64,000 nt of DNA from Vicugna vicugna. Taxonomy: Eukaryota. The DNA is taken from positions 4,505,003 to 4,569,002 of the forward strand of contig MU058065.1 in the NCBI GenBank assembly GCA_013265495.1, written 5' to 3'. Shown one piece after another: positions 50,867 through 64,000 of the stretch. The translations under genes were made by a program, and so were the position numbers. Positions within the stretch are counted from its first letter, which is position 1; the number at the start of each line of letters is the position of its first letter. A model generated the notes under the pieces. That model saw only the letters and a list, made by a program, of their open reading frames with translations. It had not been told where the DNA came from and did not search any database.

Positions 50867-52689
50867 ATATATGTACCAGCATACACACACACATACATAC
50901 ACATATACAAAGGTATACCTTACACAGACATGCACCACACATACGGACAAGTGAACATATACACACACAGATACACACATATACACGCACAGACACAGAC
51001 CTTAGAATCTTGGAGGCCTCCTCACCTAGTTTCCCAAAGTCAAAACTCCCAGAAAAAGATAGACAGACACACACACACACATACAAGACACACACGCACA
51101 AATGCATAGACATGTAGAGAGACAGACAGACAGAAACACACATACAAACATCCACAGTGAATGAAAATTTTCTAGATAGGTATATTTAAAAAGTATTAGC
51201 TTATTCTTAAATCTGAGACAATCTGAGGTTTACCAAGCCTGGGGGCGGGGGATGGGGGGGCAGGGGAGCTTTCTCTGCACTCCTGCGGTCAAGCCCCCGA
51301 CTCTACCTGTTTCATCTGTTCCCAACGACAGGCCTTCTCCAGATCAACAGCGTTTCTGTTTGAGGTTCACATAATGTGAGTTTTAGTGTTAAGCCCCTCA
51401 AAAAGACTTTTCAGGGAAATATTTTAAAGCAAATTCCAGTCTGTTATTAAAACACCTGTTCCATCGTGAGACCATTCCTGACATATGAGGGATTATAGGC
51501 TGGAGAAAGAAATGACAGGACAATTTATTGGTCGTCTCACAATTCAGTTTTGAGGAAACTAATCCCTTGTATTTCCTGTCAAATTATTATTAATAAAATT
51601 AATAAAAGTCTTTCCCTTTACAGTTATAAAATCACACCAAATGCGATTAATTCCTTCCATGTCACCATCTTGGAACAAAGCGGGAAGACGGGATGAAATA
51701 AATCACTTCTTTGAGCACCATTCTTTGCAATTTAGCCTCTGACCGTCAAGTTTCTGGGACTGTGTGGTTGTTCACGGATGGGGTCCGTTTTAGGAAAGCT
51801 CAGGCAACACAGGGTCTGCTGATATGATACAAAGGAATCCAAACGTGCTTTGTTATTGACCGTAATACCTCTTAGTTGTCCTCCATATTGATCATCTACA
51901 AGCCCCTGTAATGAAACAGAGGGACCAAGCCCAGGAACAAGAGTGCCCTAGCCCTTCTTCCCTGTGCCCATTGAGTCTATTAACAGAAACAGCCCAACAA
52001 CATCAGTTTTAGGTCAATAGCTTTTAAAACATGGAGTCTATGCTGCAGAAAGATGTCTCCCAGAGAGGTGAGAGATGATACAGAAAGCTGACAAGGGGAG
52101 GCGTACATTGAAAACTAAGGAGAACAAATCCGGTTTAATTATAGAACCCAATTCAGATAAAAAGGAACAGGAAGATAAATTTCAAAGAATATTTTTCATC
52201 GTCTTTAGCCTTTAGCTTCTATCTCTTCACAGATCCATTTTCTTTGTTTCGTGAGACACAAACTTGTGGTTAAGAATTATATCAGAATATAAATGGAAAG
52301 AATTAGGCCCCTAAGGCATCAAGGAATTATTCTGAATTATATCAGAGAGTAAACTGAAAGAATTACATGACTGGACTCAATGTGTGGCACTCAGGCGTCC
52401 AAGAGACAGGTCAGAAAACCAAATGGTGTGATACTAGAGGTTGCAAAGATTACGAGCTTTGAGTTGAAGAGAGAAAGGGCTGGCCTTGAGAATTCTCAGC
52501 AACAATTGACATGTAAAGAAGTCTGAATCTTTGAGAGAGAAGAAAATCAATGCCATCTTGGGACTGTGAAATCTGAGGAAAGAGACAGTTTGCAAGGAAA
52601 AAGAAAGAAATGAAGAAACAGGTTGATAATGCAACTGAAAGCAATTTACAAATATCAGCCTTTTAAGTATAGAAATTTTCTTCGCCATC

Positions 52690-55560
52690 TGTTCATTCAT
52701 TCATTCAATCAATAGACATTTATTGAGTATTTACTTTGTCGTGCACTGTTATAGACACAGGAGATTCAATGGTGGACAAAATTGACAAAGTCCTTGCTTT
52801 CATACACTCCCATTAGAGTGTATAATGGGAGAAAGAAATAATGAGCATTTACATACATTTTAGTATAGTATTAGACAGTGACAAGGGCTTATGAAGAAAA
52901 ATAAAGCCAAGCAATGAGATAAGAGATGTGCTATTTTAGATAGGATTGTATGTCCTGGAAAAAAGTTGGAGGGCCTGATCTGTAGCCTTTCTGATTCCAT
53001 GGTGTAAATACTCATACTCTGGTCAATGGTAGCTATCAACATGACAATACTGAATTCAAAGATGGGGAGAAAAGCTCCCAATTGCCCCTTGCAAGCTCAT
53101 GTAAGCTCCCTTCAGCTTTCCACTGGTGGATGGAGAAGGCTTCTATGAAGAGGTAACATTTGACAGGAAGCCTCCAATAAAGAGAGGAACTGAGCAATGT
53201 AGATCTATGGCAGAAGAGTATTCCAGACAGAGGAAACAGCCACTGCCACGCCCTGAGGCACGTCAGCCCGATGAGTTAGTGTAACATCAAGGAGGCCAGT
53301 GTAGCTGAAGAAGAGTGAGTGGGGAAGCGGCAAGGCCAGGATTGTGCAGTGCTGTGCAGATCCTCTTGGGGTCTTTGGATAATATTCAAGGTGTGACGGG
53401 AAGTGACTGGAGGGATCTGAGCAGGGGCATGACGTGATGTGACATGTTTGAAAAGGATCAATCAGACCGCTAGTGAACAGAATATGGGGGAGGTGCGTAG
53501 ACAAGAGAGGAAGCAGGGAGACAAATTTGGAAGCATTTGTCAACTATCCTGGCAAAAGCTGGTGGTGAATTGAATGGGATGGATAGTGGGAGAGGGTGGT
53601 GAGAAGTTATATTTGGGATCTATCTGTCTTTCACACATACATATATACACACATGCATGCATATATATATGCATACATTCATACATAAATGTGTCTGACT
53701 TCTGGACATTGAACTCCAAATATGATGTGACTGGCCTTAGGTAAAACACCCAGGGAGTGGCAAAGCCAGGACAGATGCCACACCCACATCTGGACTGCTT
53801 AGGATGAAACACTAATAGGGGAGTGTGGCTGTTTGAACCAGGCCAGGGCTTGAAGAAAAACCTGTCTGGTAACAGTTTGGGGATCTATTTTGAAGCTAGA
53901 AGGAGCGAGTTTTGCTTGTGGATTAGATCTGGAGATTACAAGAAAGAAGAGTCAGTGATGCCTCAATGAATTTTTTCTAAGTATCTGGGCTAGTGGTTTG
54001 GCCACAGGGGAACTTGGAAAGTACCAGGAAGGAATACATTTATGGGCGAAGGCTAAGCTTTTGGCTGGGAATATGCTAGGTTTGAGATGCCTCTTATATA
54101 GCCAAGAGGCAACACAGAGAGATGGTGAGAGATGGAGTCTGCAGTTTAGGAAAGATGCTGGGGCTATAGGAACAAATGTCAGAGTCACCAATCTTGTAAA
54201 TAGTATTTAACTGCATACCATTAGATGAAATACTGATGGAAAAAGTGTATCTAGAGAAGATACATGAGGAGAGCTAAAGCCTGAGACTCTCCAAAACTCA
54301 GAAGTTAGAAGACAGAAGAATCCAGCAAAGGAGATGAGAAGAAAAGAACGGGAAATATAAAACAAGAGAAATTTGGTTTCCTGGAAGCCAAGAGAAGCAA
54401 ATGTTTCAAGGGGAGAATGGTCATTTTTGTTGAATGCAGTTCAGAAGTTAAGAAAGATACAGACTGAAAACTGACCATTGGATCGGCCAACCTAAGGCTC
54501 ATGAATGACCTTGACGGAGTCTCAGTGGAGGAGGACAATAGCGGGGGCATTGGGATGGAGCTTCATGAGTGACAGGGCAATGGAGAAAGTTAATGCAGAT
54601 AACACTAACAAGTTTTTTTTTTCTATAGCAGAGCTAAGAAATGATTCAGGAGCCGTAGAAAGATGTGGGATCGAAAGAGAGGTTTTAATGAAAATAGTAC
54701 AGTATATTTGTGTACCAGTTGTAATGATCCAAAGAAAAGGAAAACTGATGATGCTGTAGAGAAGGGAGAAAATTACAAGAGCAAAGTCTTTGAGTTAGAG
54801 GACGGGAGAGATCGAGAAAACAAGTGGAAATATTGGTCCAAGACAGGGGCCCAGATCTTTCATTCACCGTAACAGGAAGAAAGGCAGGGCAGAAGGGTGC
54901 AGAGCCCGGCCATGCTAAATGGTGGTGGTGAGCAGAGAAGAACATTCCCTTTTGAATGCTTCTATTTTGTCAATGAGAAATGAGAAGTCAAATCATCCAC
55001 TAAGACTGCATAGGAGGAGAGGCATAGCTGAGGTTTGAGGAGTGAAGAAAAAGTGCTGCCTGGTCATATGGGCAACGGGGGAGTGAATCAACTGCAGGGC
55101 TACCCCCCAGTGCTGAGGGTCCACTGGAGACCCGCTGTCATACATACCAAGTGAGGCCAGTCCCCAGTCCACGTGGATGGTGTTTCCTTCTGGTGAAATT
55201 CAGCTATTCGAGTTCAGTTATGGAATCTGGAAGGAGCTGGGTTTAACCAGGGTTGGAGTTTTTCTAGGTACAGAAGAACGAGGAAGAGAAGGGCAAGGGA
55301 ACAGATCATGACTGCAACTGCAAGGGAGCATTTATAACAATGGTTTATGAAATCTAACCTAGGCAGGGGAGAATGTGAGAAGGAGTGTGTGTGTGTGTGT
55401 GTGTTGTGTGGTGGAAGTACCGATGTGATGATAAGTATCAGTGGATCTGAGATCCTAGTAAGTCTGGTGTTGTGAGTACTAGGAAGAGAGAGCTGAAAAT
55501 ATAGGAGGACATGGTCAGAGAGCAGAATAGGATAGCTGAGATTTTGGAAGTGATACACCC
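52690..55560 (-). mobile_element. Long (~2.9 kb) LINE-2, interrupted by insertions
   Basis: Starts with the L2 tail ttcattcattcattcaa...atttattgag; L2 motifs 'aaggaggccagtgtagctg', 'gactgaaaactgaccattgga...tgaccttgac' continue along it. Confidence 0.85.
52945..53127. mobile_element. MER63-like hAT fossil nested in the L2
   Basis: 'ctgatctgtagcctttctgattccatggtgtaaatactc' matches the recalled MER63 core. Confidence 0.65.
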
Positions 55561-55579
55561 ACAGATAATAACAAAGTAG

Positions 55580-55815
55580 CACTGGGGAGACTTAAAAAAA
55601 AAAACAAAAACAGTCCAAATTCACAAATCCAGCCACCACCTCTGATAACTGAAAGGTAATTTTCAAGGGGTGGGGCTTAGGCGTTGGTATGTTTTAAAAG
55701 CCTCCCAGGTGATTATAACATGCATCCAGAGCTGAAAATCACTGCTCCAGGAAATTATATTTTAACTGGTATGAAACAAGACCTGAACATTAGGATTTTA
55801 GAAATGTCTTCCAGG
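55580..55815. mobile_element. MER5-like hAT fragments
   Basis: 'ttggtatgttttaaaagcctcccaggtgattataacatgcatccagagctgaaaatcactg'. Confidence 0.6.
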
Positions 55816-55859
55816 ATTTTTTTTCAATTTTTTTTTTATTATAAGAAAATACATGTGTC

Positions 55860-58330
55860 TTAAAATGGAACTATTTGTATAGGGTATCTTTTTCTATCTT
55901 TTCACTCTCAATCTATTTGTGTCTTTGGATTTAAAGTGAGCCTCTTGTAGGCAGCATATAGTTGGAACATGAGTGTCATCCCTTCTTCCAAACTCTGTCT
56001 TTCAATTGGGGAATTTAATCAACTTTCACTTAAACTAAGGAGGGACTTACTTCTGTCATTTTCCTATTTGTTTTCTATATGCCTTGTAGCTTTCTTGTAC
56101 CTCTTTTCCTTCACTACTGTCTCCTTCTATGTTTAGCTTTTTGTAGTGAATGTTTGAATTTCTTCCTCATTTCCTTCTGTGTACATTCTACAGCTATTTC
56201 TTTCTGGGTACCATGGCGGTTACAGTTAACATCCCATTAAGCTTTAACACTCTAATTTGAATTTATACCACCTTAACTTCAATAATATACAAAAACTCTG
56301 CTCTTTTAAAACTCCTTTCCTATTCCTCTCTGTTGGTGAAGCCAAAAAATTACATTTTTATGTATATTGTGCCCCGAAATGTAAGCTAATTCTTTTAAAT
56401 GCCTTGTTCTTTTAAATGATAAAGAAAACAAGATGTGGATTTACAGACCAAAAGTTACAAAAATACTAGCTTTTAAATTGATAATTGTGTTTTTTCTTTA
56501 CATGTACTAGTCTCTTGAGTTGTGTAGAGAATAAAGTGAAGTTATAAACCATTGTACAACGATAATAGATTTTATAACTGCCATATATTTACCTTTAGTG
56601 AATCTTTAATTGTCATATAGCCTCAAGTTACTGTCTACCGTCTTTTCATTTTGCCCTTCTGGACTCCCTGGAGCATTTCTTTCAGGGCAGATCTAGTGGT
56701 CACAAATTTCCTTAGCTTTTGTTTACCTGGGAACATCTTAATTTCACCCTCAATTTTGAAGGACACTTTTGTCAGATAAAGGATTCTTGATTGACAATTC
56801 ATTTTCTTTTAGAATTTTGACTATTTCAACCCATTCTCGTCTGGCCTCTGAAGTCTCTGATCAGCAATCTGTTAATAATGTAGATCTGCTAATAATCTCA
56901 TCAAGAGACAACTTGCTTCTCTCTTGCTGCTGTCAAGATTCTCTCTTGTCTTCACCTTTTGAGATTTTGATGATACTATGTCTTGGCATGGTTGTTTTGA
57001 GCTCATCTTACTCCCAAGTTTGTTGAGCTTCTTGGTTATTTAAATTCAAATCCTTCATCAGATTTGGGATGTTTTCAGCCATTATTTGTTCAAGTGTTCT
57101 CTCTGCCCCTTTCTTTTTCTCTTGTTCTTCTGGGACTCCCACAATGTGTGTGTTGATCCACTTAATAGTGTCCCACAGGTCTCTCAGAATCTTTCCACTG
57201 TTCTTCCTTTTTTCTCTGTTCCTCAAATTCAATCATTTTCATTGTCGTATCTTCAAATTTGCTGATGCTTTGCACCTGCTCAAATCTGCCTTTGAATCCC
57301 TCTAGTGAATTTTTTATTTCAGATACTGCTTTTCAGCTCCAGATTTTTTTTTAGGTTTTCTGGTTTTTTTGCTGCTATTTCTATGTTCTTCATATACAAT
57401 TTTTCTTGACTTTCTTCAACTCTTCCTTTAGTTCTTCAAGCACTTATAAGACATTTGTTTTAAAGTCTTTGTCTAGTATATGTGACATCAGATCTCTTTT
57501 AGAAACCGTTTCTGATGTTTTATATTTTTTCCTTTGAATGGGGCATACTCCCCCATTTCTTTCTATATTTTGTGATTTTTTTGTTGTTGTTTCAAAGTAA
57601 ATATTTAATTCTAGTAATGTGATAATTCTGAAAGTCAGAGTGTCTCCTTTCTCTGAAGTTTGCCTTTTTTCATTTTCATTTTTGTTTGTTTTTGTTTATG
57701 TTTGTTGTATTCTGTCTCTGTGTGGAAGATCAGGCTGAAATGTAAATTTAAGGTCTTCTCAGGTCTTTTCTAATTTTCCTCATATATGCAGTTGTTTTTT
57801 AGTATCCTAGTTTTAAATGTCTGGTTCCCAAAAGGGAAAAAGGGGGAAATGAAGGGGGAACAGAAAGCATTGGCCTTTTAAATTCCTTTGAAGTCACTTC
57901 AACCGGTGGGTGGGGGGCTTGCAACAATGAGGGGAAATGCAGAGAAATCAGCCACCTGCCTCTTCATCAGCACCTCGGTGATCAGAAGCAGCAATCAGCA
58001 ATCAGAACACACATTTCTGATTTTGGAGGACAGGGTCCTTTTTGCCCACCCTGGCTCCTGCAAGCTGTGTGCAAGCTGTTCTAGGAACTGTACACAGCTG
58101 CCTGCCATGTGGCTGGGGATAGAGGAGAGATGGCTGCTACAGTGCTAAGAGCTGAACTTGACCAAAATCAGCCTCTATGTACCCTCCAAGTCTTCCCGTG
58201 GACATTGAGAATCTTCAATAGATTCCAGACTTCCAAAATAGTTCTATCAGACAGATCCTGCTAGTGCAACTGTTCTCTAGGTAGGAAGACAGATTCCTGG
58301 TACTTCCTACTCTACCATCATCCCAGAACC
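55860..58330 (-). mobile_element. Old L1M 5' portion: 5' UTR, decayed ORF1, spacer and start of the ORF2 endonuclease
   Basis: 57008-57232 gives LRDLWDTIKWINTHIVGVPEEQEKKKGAERTLEQIMAENIPNLMKDLNLNNQEAQQ (ORF1p); ~56078-55870 gives MTEVSPSL...PTICCLQEAHFKSKDTNRLRVK (EN N-terminus). Confidence 0.92.
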
Positions 58331-58369
58331 CTTTCTTCTTGCCTGTTATATCCAACATAAAGCAAAATT

Positions 58370-58810
58370 TGAAAATTATCTGGAGGGTCTGTTAAAGCAC
58401 AGTTTGTTGTCTACCTCCAGAGTTTCTCATTTATTCCATTTGGGTGGTGGTAGGCAATTCTGCCGCTGCTGGTCCAGGGACCACACTGTGATCCAACGAT
58501 GTAAACTGAGAGTATTAACTTTGGGAGTAGGTAGTGAGATGAGTAATTCTTCTCAAATTTTAATTTGCATAGGAATCATCTGAGATTTGTTCAAAAGCAG
58601 ATTTTGATTCAGTTGATAGAGAATGAGGTCTGAGTTTTTTTTTTCTTTTTTTTTTAATAAAGATATTGAAGACTGAACTTGGGACCTCATGCAGGCTAAC
58701 CATGTGCTCTACCCACTCCCCCTTCTCACCGAGGTGTGAGATTTTGCATTTATTATAATTGGCCTCAGGATGCTAATGCTGCTGGTTTGCAGATCATACT
58801 ATGAGTAGCT
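58370..58810. mobile_element. Two adjacent MER5A-like fossils, the second split by a SINE
   Basis: 'gctgctggtccagggaccacactg'; 'ggaatcatctgagatttgttcaaaagcagattttgattcag...gctaatgctgctggt'. Confidence 0.7.
58635..58730 (-). mobile_element. Diverged tRNA-derived SINE (Vic-1-like) with TSD
   Basis: Poly(T), 'gaacttgggacctcatgcaggctaaccatgtgctctacc'; TSD gaggtctgag (58625-58634) / gaggtgtgag (58731-58740). Confidence 0.75.
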
Positions 58811-61044
58811 AGAGTGTAAGATAACAAGTGAACTAACAGGTTTTAATGCTTCTGATGAAAGAGGCAACAGATATTTTCTCAGCCCCTGCTCTGTATGCCA
58901 AGCATTGCAGTGCCTTCTGTTAACAATTTAAATCTGCAAAGGCAGGAACTTACTAAATACATTCTAGGCTTCACTAAGTGCCTTTGCTCAATTGTAGAAT
59001 AACGTGTTGGTATTAGTGATATGGGGCTTAGCTGTCAAACTTCTCCTGAGTAGAATTTCCATATTCAGAGAAGATTGGGTACTTAAACTTACTTGGCTAG
59101 TAGGTGAGCTGAAGCAATCACCCACATGCTAGACGTGATTTAAAGTTTTGTGTTTTACCTTAAGATGTTATGTAAATTTTATTTGCTAAGCCATAATGCC
59201 TGTTTTAATAGAAAACATACTTCCCTTAACATCTTTAAGAAAAAATTAATATTCAAGGAAATACTACTTAATATTTTATTTAAAGGAATAGATTTGCTTC
59301 AGATAATTTAAATTAATATTCAAAAAGGGCCCATCTTATCCTCTGGTTTTGTTTTTCTCATCAAGTGTGTGTAACCAGTATAAGAATCACACTGCAGAAA
59401 AAAAAAACAGGATTTATAGCCACTTTTATAAAAAGGGTCAACATGGAGGCTCTAGATTCTCACTAACTGAGCTCAAATTTGGGTCCCACAACTGTCAGCA
59501 CTGAGGCTGGTTTCTGGAGAGTTGCCTAACCTCTAACTGAGGTTTACAGATCTAAGCAGAACAATTCAAATAATATTTACCTAGTAGACCTTTTTTGCGA
59601 GGACTAAATGTGGTGTTTGTGTTCTACATTTGGCATAGGGTCTGACATTTAAGAAGAACTTATTCAACATTAGCTGTTACTATTATTGCTACTGTTGGGG
59701 GTCATGAGTACATCTGGATTCAGGTCTTGCCCCAGGAGTAGCATGTTTCTTTAAGAATTGGAGCATCTCTTTTTAGGACATCAGTTTTCTTCCCTGAATA
59801 ATGAGAGGAGAGTCAAGAGTCCTGTGGTCCTCAAGTTTTATCCAGCATCAGAATCACCTGGAGTTTCTGATGCAGCATCTCTGGAGTGAAGTGAGAATTT
59901 GCATCTCTAATACATTTATTCGCCTTCTATTGATATTTAGCAGAGGGTCCATAACTTGTGCAATCATGTTCAAGAATTAGAGAAATGAAAGAATTTAATG
60001 AATGGAGAGTTAAAGAACTCTATGGCTAAAAGGAGTCCCAGTGGTTACACCCCACCTCCACATTTATAGGAGAGGTAAGAGGCTCAGAGAAGAGCAGCAG
60101 CTGGTCCAAGTTAATGCAAATCTAGTACCATCACCCTGATTTGAACCCCTGTTCATGTTTGGCCCCCCTGCTGCCTTTCACTCACACAGCACCTGGAGAG
60201 CAACTCTTATTAACTCAGATTCGCTTTAAGCAGTGTTTGATCAGATTTCTCTAGCTAGAGGGTACAAATGGGATAACAACAAAAAATATAGTCAACATTT
60301 ATTGTGTCTTTCCCATATGCTGGGAGCACAGACATAAACTATATCCCGGTGGCTGTCTTCGGTATTTGCCATTCAGTATCATTAGTAACTTCTGAAAATC
60401 CTCTGAGATGTCTCATGTATGGTCACAGGCAAGCTGGTATCCTTGCCAAGATTTTTCCTCTCCTGCTTCAAGCCCCTTCAGTGATGGCTGCTGCAGTTTT
60501 CTGTGGAAGCTTGGCTGACTAGAACATTAGGAGGATACTTCACTTCCGCCCTGAGGGCTCTGCCCGGAAAGTCTGGTGAGCTGGGTTCCCCATGGTCACA
60601 GGCACAGCTGGGGCCCTGGAGCAGTCTGTGTGCCAAAACCTCCTTGTGTTTCAGACAGATACTGGGGGAACCCAGAGGCACCTGCCCAAGCTCGTCAGCT
60701 CCTGATGCCTCAGAGAGCCGAACCCTCATAGAGATGCGGCCATCCAGCTTTCCCATTCAGACGGACCTTGAATATCTGAGCCAGGAGCAGATGGTGGGGA
60801 AAATGTTAAAGGATCTTTCTTCTTTCCTTCAGTCCTACCGGTTAATTCACCGTATTTTTAGTGGTTAAATATTTGTTGGCTACCAACTGAGTTCGTCCAT
60901 TTAGCCTCATCAGCCTGATTTAGAGGGAATTTCTTAAAGAATCTGGCACTCCTAGAGTTTTGGGTGGCTTCATTCTGGCCTTTCTGATCTATAAATACGT
61001 TAGTGCAAACTGAAAGGTTCTGCATCAAAGGACTGCTTAGCCAT

Positions 61045-61825
61045 TAAAAAATAAACTTTTCATCTGAGTGAATTTTAGAATTACAGAAAAGCTTCGAAGA
61101 ATAGTATAGAATTCGCTCATATCCCTCACCCAGTTTCCATAAATGTTAACAACTTATGTAACTACAGTACGATGATCAATACCAGGAAATTAACCTTGGT
61201 CAGTACTGCTTACTAAAATTCACTTTATTTGAATTTCACCAGTTTTTCCACGAATGTACCTTTTCTCTTCCAGGATTATATCCAGGGTCCCAAATTTCTT
61301 TGACTTCCTTTTCCTTAGATTCCTCCTTTCTATAATATTCCTCAATCTTTTGTTGTATTTCACTGACACATTAGAAGGGTACTGGTCACTTTGTTCCTAA
61401 ATTTGGTTCTCTCTGATGTGTTCTGTGCTGTAATGACATTTTATATATATATGTAGGCAAATGTAATGTTGTGTCCATCTCAGAGCAGCATATCAAGGGG
61501 TTCATGATGCCAGATTTTCTTATTCTTGGTAATGTTAACCTTGATTATTTGGGTAAGATAAGATCTGTTGGTATCCTTCATAATTCATAACTATATGGGG
61601 AGACATACTTTGAAACAATGCAAATATCCTTTTTCCCTCCTCAAACTTTAATCCATCAATTTTACTTGCATTAGTTGATCTTATTTGCAATAACGATGGT
61701 GGTATTTGCCTTATGGCAATTTTCTTTTTTTCTCTTTGTCTTTACATTTATTATTTGGAATTCTTTTGTGAGGACGAATTCATTCCAGTCTTTAACTTTA
61801 TCAATATGGACTTAATAGATATTCA
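61045..61825 (-). mobile_element. Old L1MC-like 3' region, resuming at ~62180-62270
   Basis: 'aattttagaattacagaaaagc...atatccctcacccagtttcc...aaatgttaaca...ccaggaaattaac...ggtaatgttaaccttgatta'. Confidence 0.75.
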
Positions 61826-61829
61826 TGCT

Positions 61830-62180
61830 TTATTTTTTATTTTTTATTTATTTTTATTTTTATTTCTTTTTTTAACATTTTTTATTGATTTATAATCATT
61901 TTACAATGTTGTGTCAAATTCCAGTGTTCAGCACAATTTTTCAGTCATTCATGGACATATACACACTCATTGTCACATTTTTTTCTCTGTGATTTATCAT
62001 AACATTTTGTGTATATTTCCCTGTGCTATACAGTGTAATCTTGTTTATCTATTCTACAAATTCAAAATCCCGTCTAACCCTTTCCACCCTCCACCCCCCT
62101 GGTAACCACAAGTCTGTATTCTCTGTCTGTGAGTCTATTTCTGTCCTGTATTTATGCTTTGTTTTTGTTTGCTTGTTTGT
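61830..62180 (-). mobile_element. Young L1 3' end inserted into the older L1MC
   Basis: T-rich tail, then 'ttgatttataatcattttacaatgttgtgtcaaattccagtg...ccccctggtaaccacaagtctgtattctctgtctgtgagtct'. Confidence 0.88.
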
Positions 62181-64000
62181 TTTCTGTGGGTTAGAACCCA
62201 ATGCTATCGTTATTTATATTGTTTTTACTCTAACTGTTCCACTTTGGTCCTTAGGAAGTCCTTTGGGCTGGCTCCTGTATCAGGAGGCAACTTTTACTTG
62301 AAATTGGCATTCATATTATTCCTTTTAAATTGTAGATTGCACTTTTCCACAGCATAATAATCACCTGTGGGGGCTGTTAAAATATAATCCTTGTCCTCAC
62401 TCCCAATGTCCTGATTCAGAGGATGGGGTTTGGACCCTGTAATCTGCATTTTAAGAAAATGTATGATGGATTGTTAAACTATCGGGCCTCAGGAAACACG
62501 TGAGGAACACTGTTTTAGAGACAATGTTTCAATACATATTCTCCAGACTTTTGTATCATAAACCTTTGTATATTTCTATCTAGATGTCTAACTCTCAATA
62601 TACCTGCCTATCTTATGGGCACACACAATTCGTACCAAACATTCTGTTTTATAAACTGCTTTATCTTTCATCCAATAATTTCATGAAAGTTTTTGCATGA
62701 TAATGATTATGCTCCTACAGTACCTTTTTCAATAGCTATTGTGTTTTATGTATTATAATTAATTAGATTCTTTTTATTATAAATAATATTGTTCATATAT
62801 AGCCCATATATAACCAAATAATTCTTTAGAGCAAGTTTATAGAAAAATGTTGACTCAAAAGTGATTCACATGGTTAAAGCTTTGAGAATCTGCTGACCTT
62901 TCCCCCACTATTGACAGTAGGTAACGGTGGTTTTCTCCCCATGCCTCAATCAACATTCAGTCACGTTCATTTCATAAACTTGGTAGCCCCCCTCAAAAAA
63001 AAGTAATAGTTTGAAATTCTTTTTGGTGAGGTTAATCTTTTTTAATAGTTTTATTGGCCATTTAAATTTCTCTTTATTAAATGCAAAGTTGAAACTTTAC
63101 TTCTTGATCAAAGAAGTGAAATGGGAAAGCAAAGTTTTTAGGAAGATTGACTTTGTGACAAAAGAAAGGACTAATTATGCTATTCAGAGTGGAATAGAGG
63201 GGTTGCATATCTACTCAGCTTCTGGGAAAAAATCACATACAAAAGTTGCTCCTGTGTATAACCAACACAGCATTTTTGCACTGCTTTATTTGTGGGTTTG
63301 ACTGTCTCCCAGGTTATGAATGGCCCATCTCTTAAAGGGAGAACTTGATCATGCTGGAGTTGTAAATCAATGTCCATCTAGTGCATTCTTTGGTATCGAG
63401 TTGCATTCCTAGCACATGTTAGCTGGAAGAATAAAAGAATATCTTATTGATAGTGAAACATCTAGGATCATCTTTGCACCAAGAGGCGAGTATCATTCAC
63501 TTTCCTGACTCAATATTAGAAGTCATAGTATCTTTTTTTTTTCTTCTAAAAACTGTCACGTATCTTGCTGCCCACAGTAATTGTCTGCTGGCTTAACTTT
63601 CTCCATTTTATCATTTATGCCCTGCCATTCCATAAAAGTTGTTTTGTGGGTTAAATCAGTTAAAAATAATAAAATAAACTTTTAAAATTAAAGGACAATT
63701 TCCAAGAACTTAAAATAAATTGGTTATTGCTGTTGGCAATAAGATTTAGTTATAAGATTTCTGGGAGCTGAGAAAAAAGGTAAACATGTTGAGCTGTATA
63801 AATTTTATTGCCTCTGAGCGGAAGCTTAGTCGGGGAAAACTAGGAGGAAAAACATTTAATCACTAGGACCATTATGTAAAAGGCGTATCAAGTAATATCA
63901 AGAACAATGTCTTCTCCTATAGTTTTGTAAGAAAGAGAAAAATGAAACAAACAATCTTACACACATACACACATACACATGCTCTGCATGCAAATTGAAA

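Noticed and set aside
50679..51155. Hydrophobic or Cys-rich ORFs resembling membrane proteins
   Set aside because: Translations of (TAA)n and (CA)n repeats
57008..57232. Domesticated L1 ORF1 gene (L1TD1-like)
   Set aside because: Only 74 open codons inside a frameshifted, stop-ridden L1 fossil

Overview
This is mammalian genomic DNA, most likely camelid (alpaca/camel), inferred from four tRNA-Ala-derived SINEs resembling the Vic-1 family. It reads as intronic or intergenic. I cannot support any protein-coding exon of a host gene; the only ORF-track translations I recognise are decayed LINE-1 ORF1p/ORF2p. The window is a mosaic of old repeats (L2, MIR, L1M, MaLR LTRs, hAT MERs), young L1 3' ends with target-site duplications (TSDs), SINEs, microsatellites and several repeat-free blocks that look regulatory. 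I found no convincing new biological system. The best leads are a near-perfect 266-bp tandem duplication beside a perfect TAATTA palindrome (20.4-21.0 kb), a TAATGARAT motif array (34.65-34.76 kb), a promoter-like GC-rich block (8.35-9.5 kb) and an orphan insert inside an L2 (53.6-53.9 kb). Repeat family names come from recalled consensus sequences, not a search. Boundaries are approximate unless a TSD is quoted.
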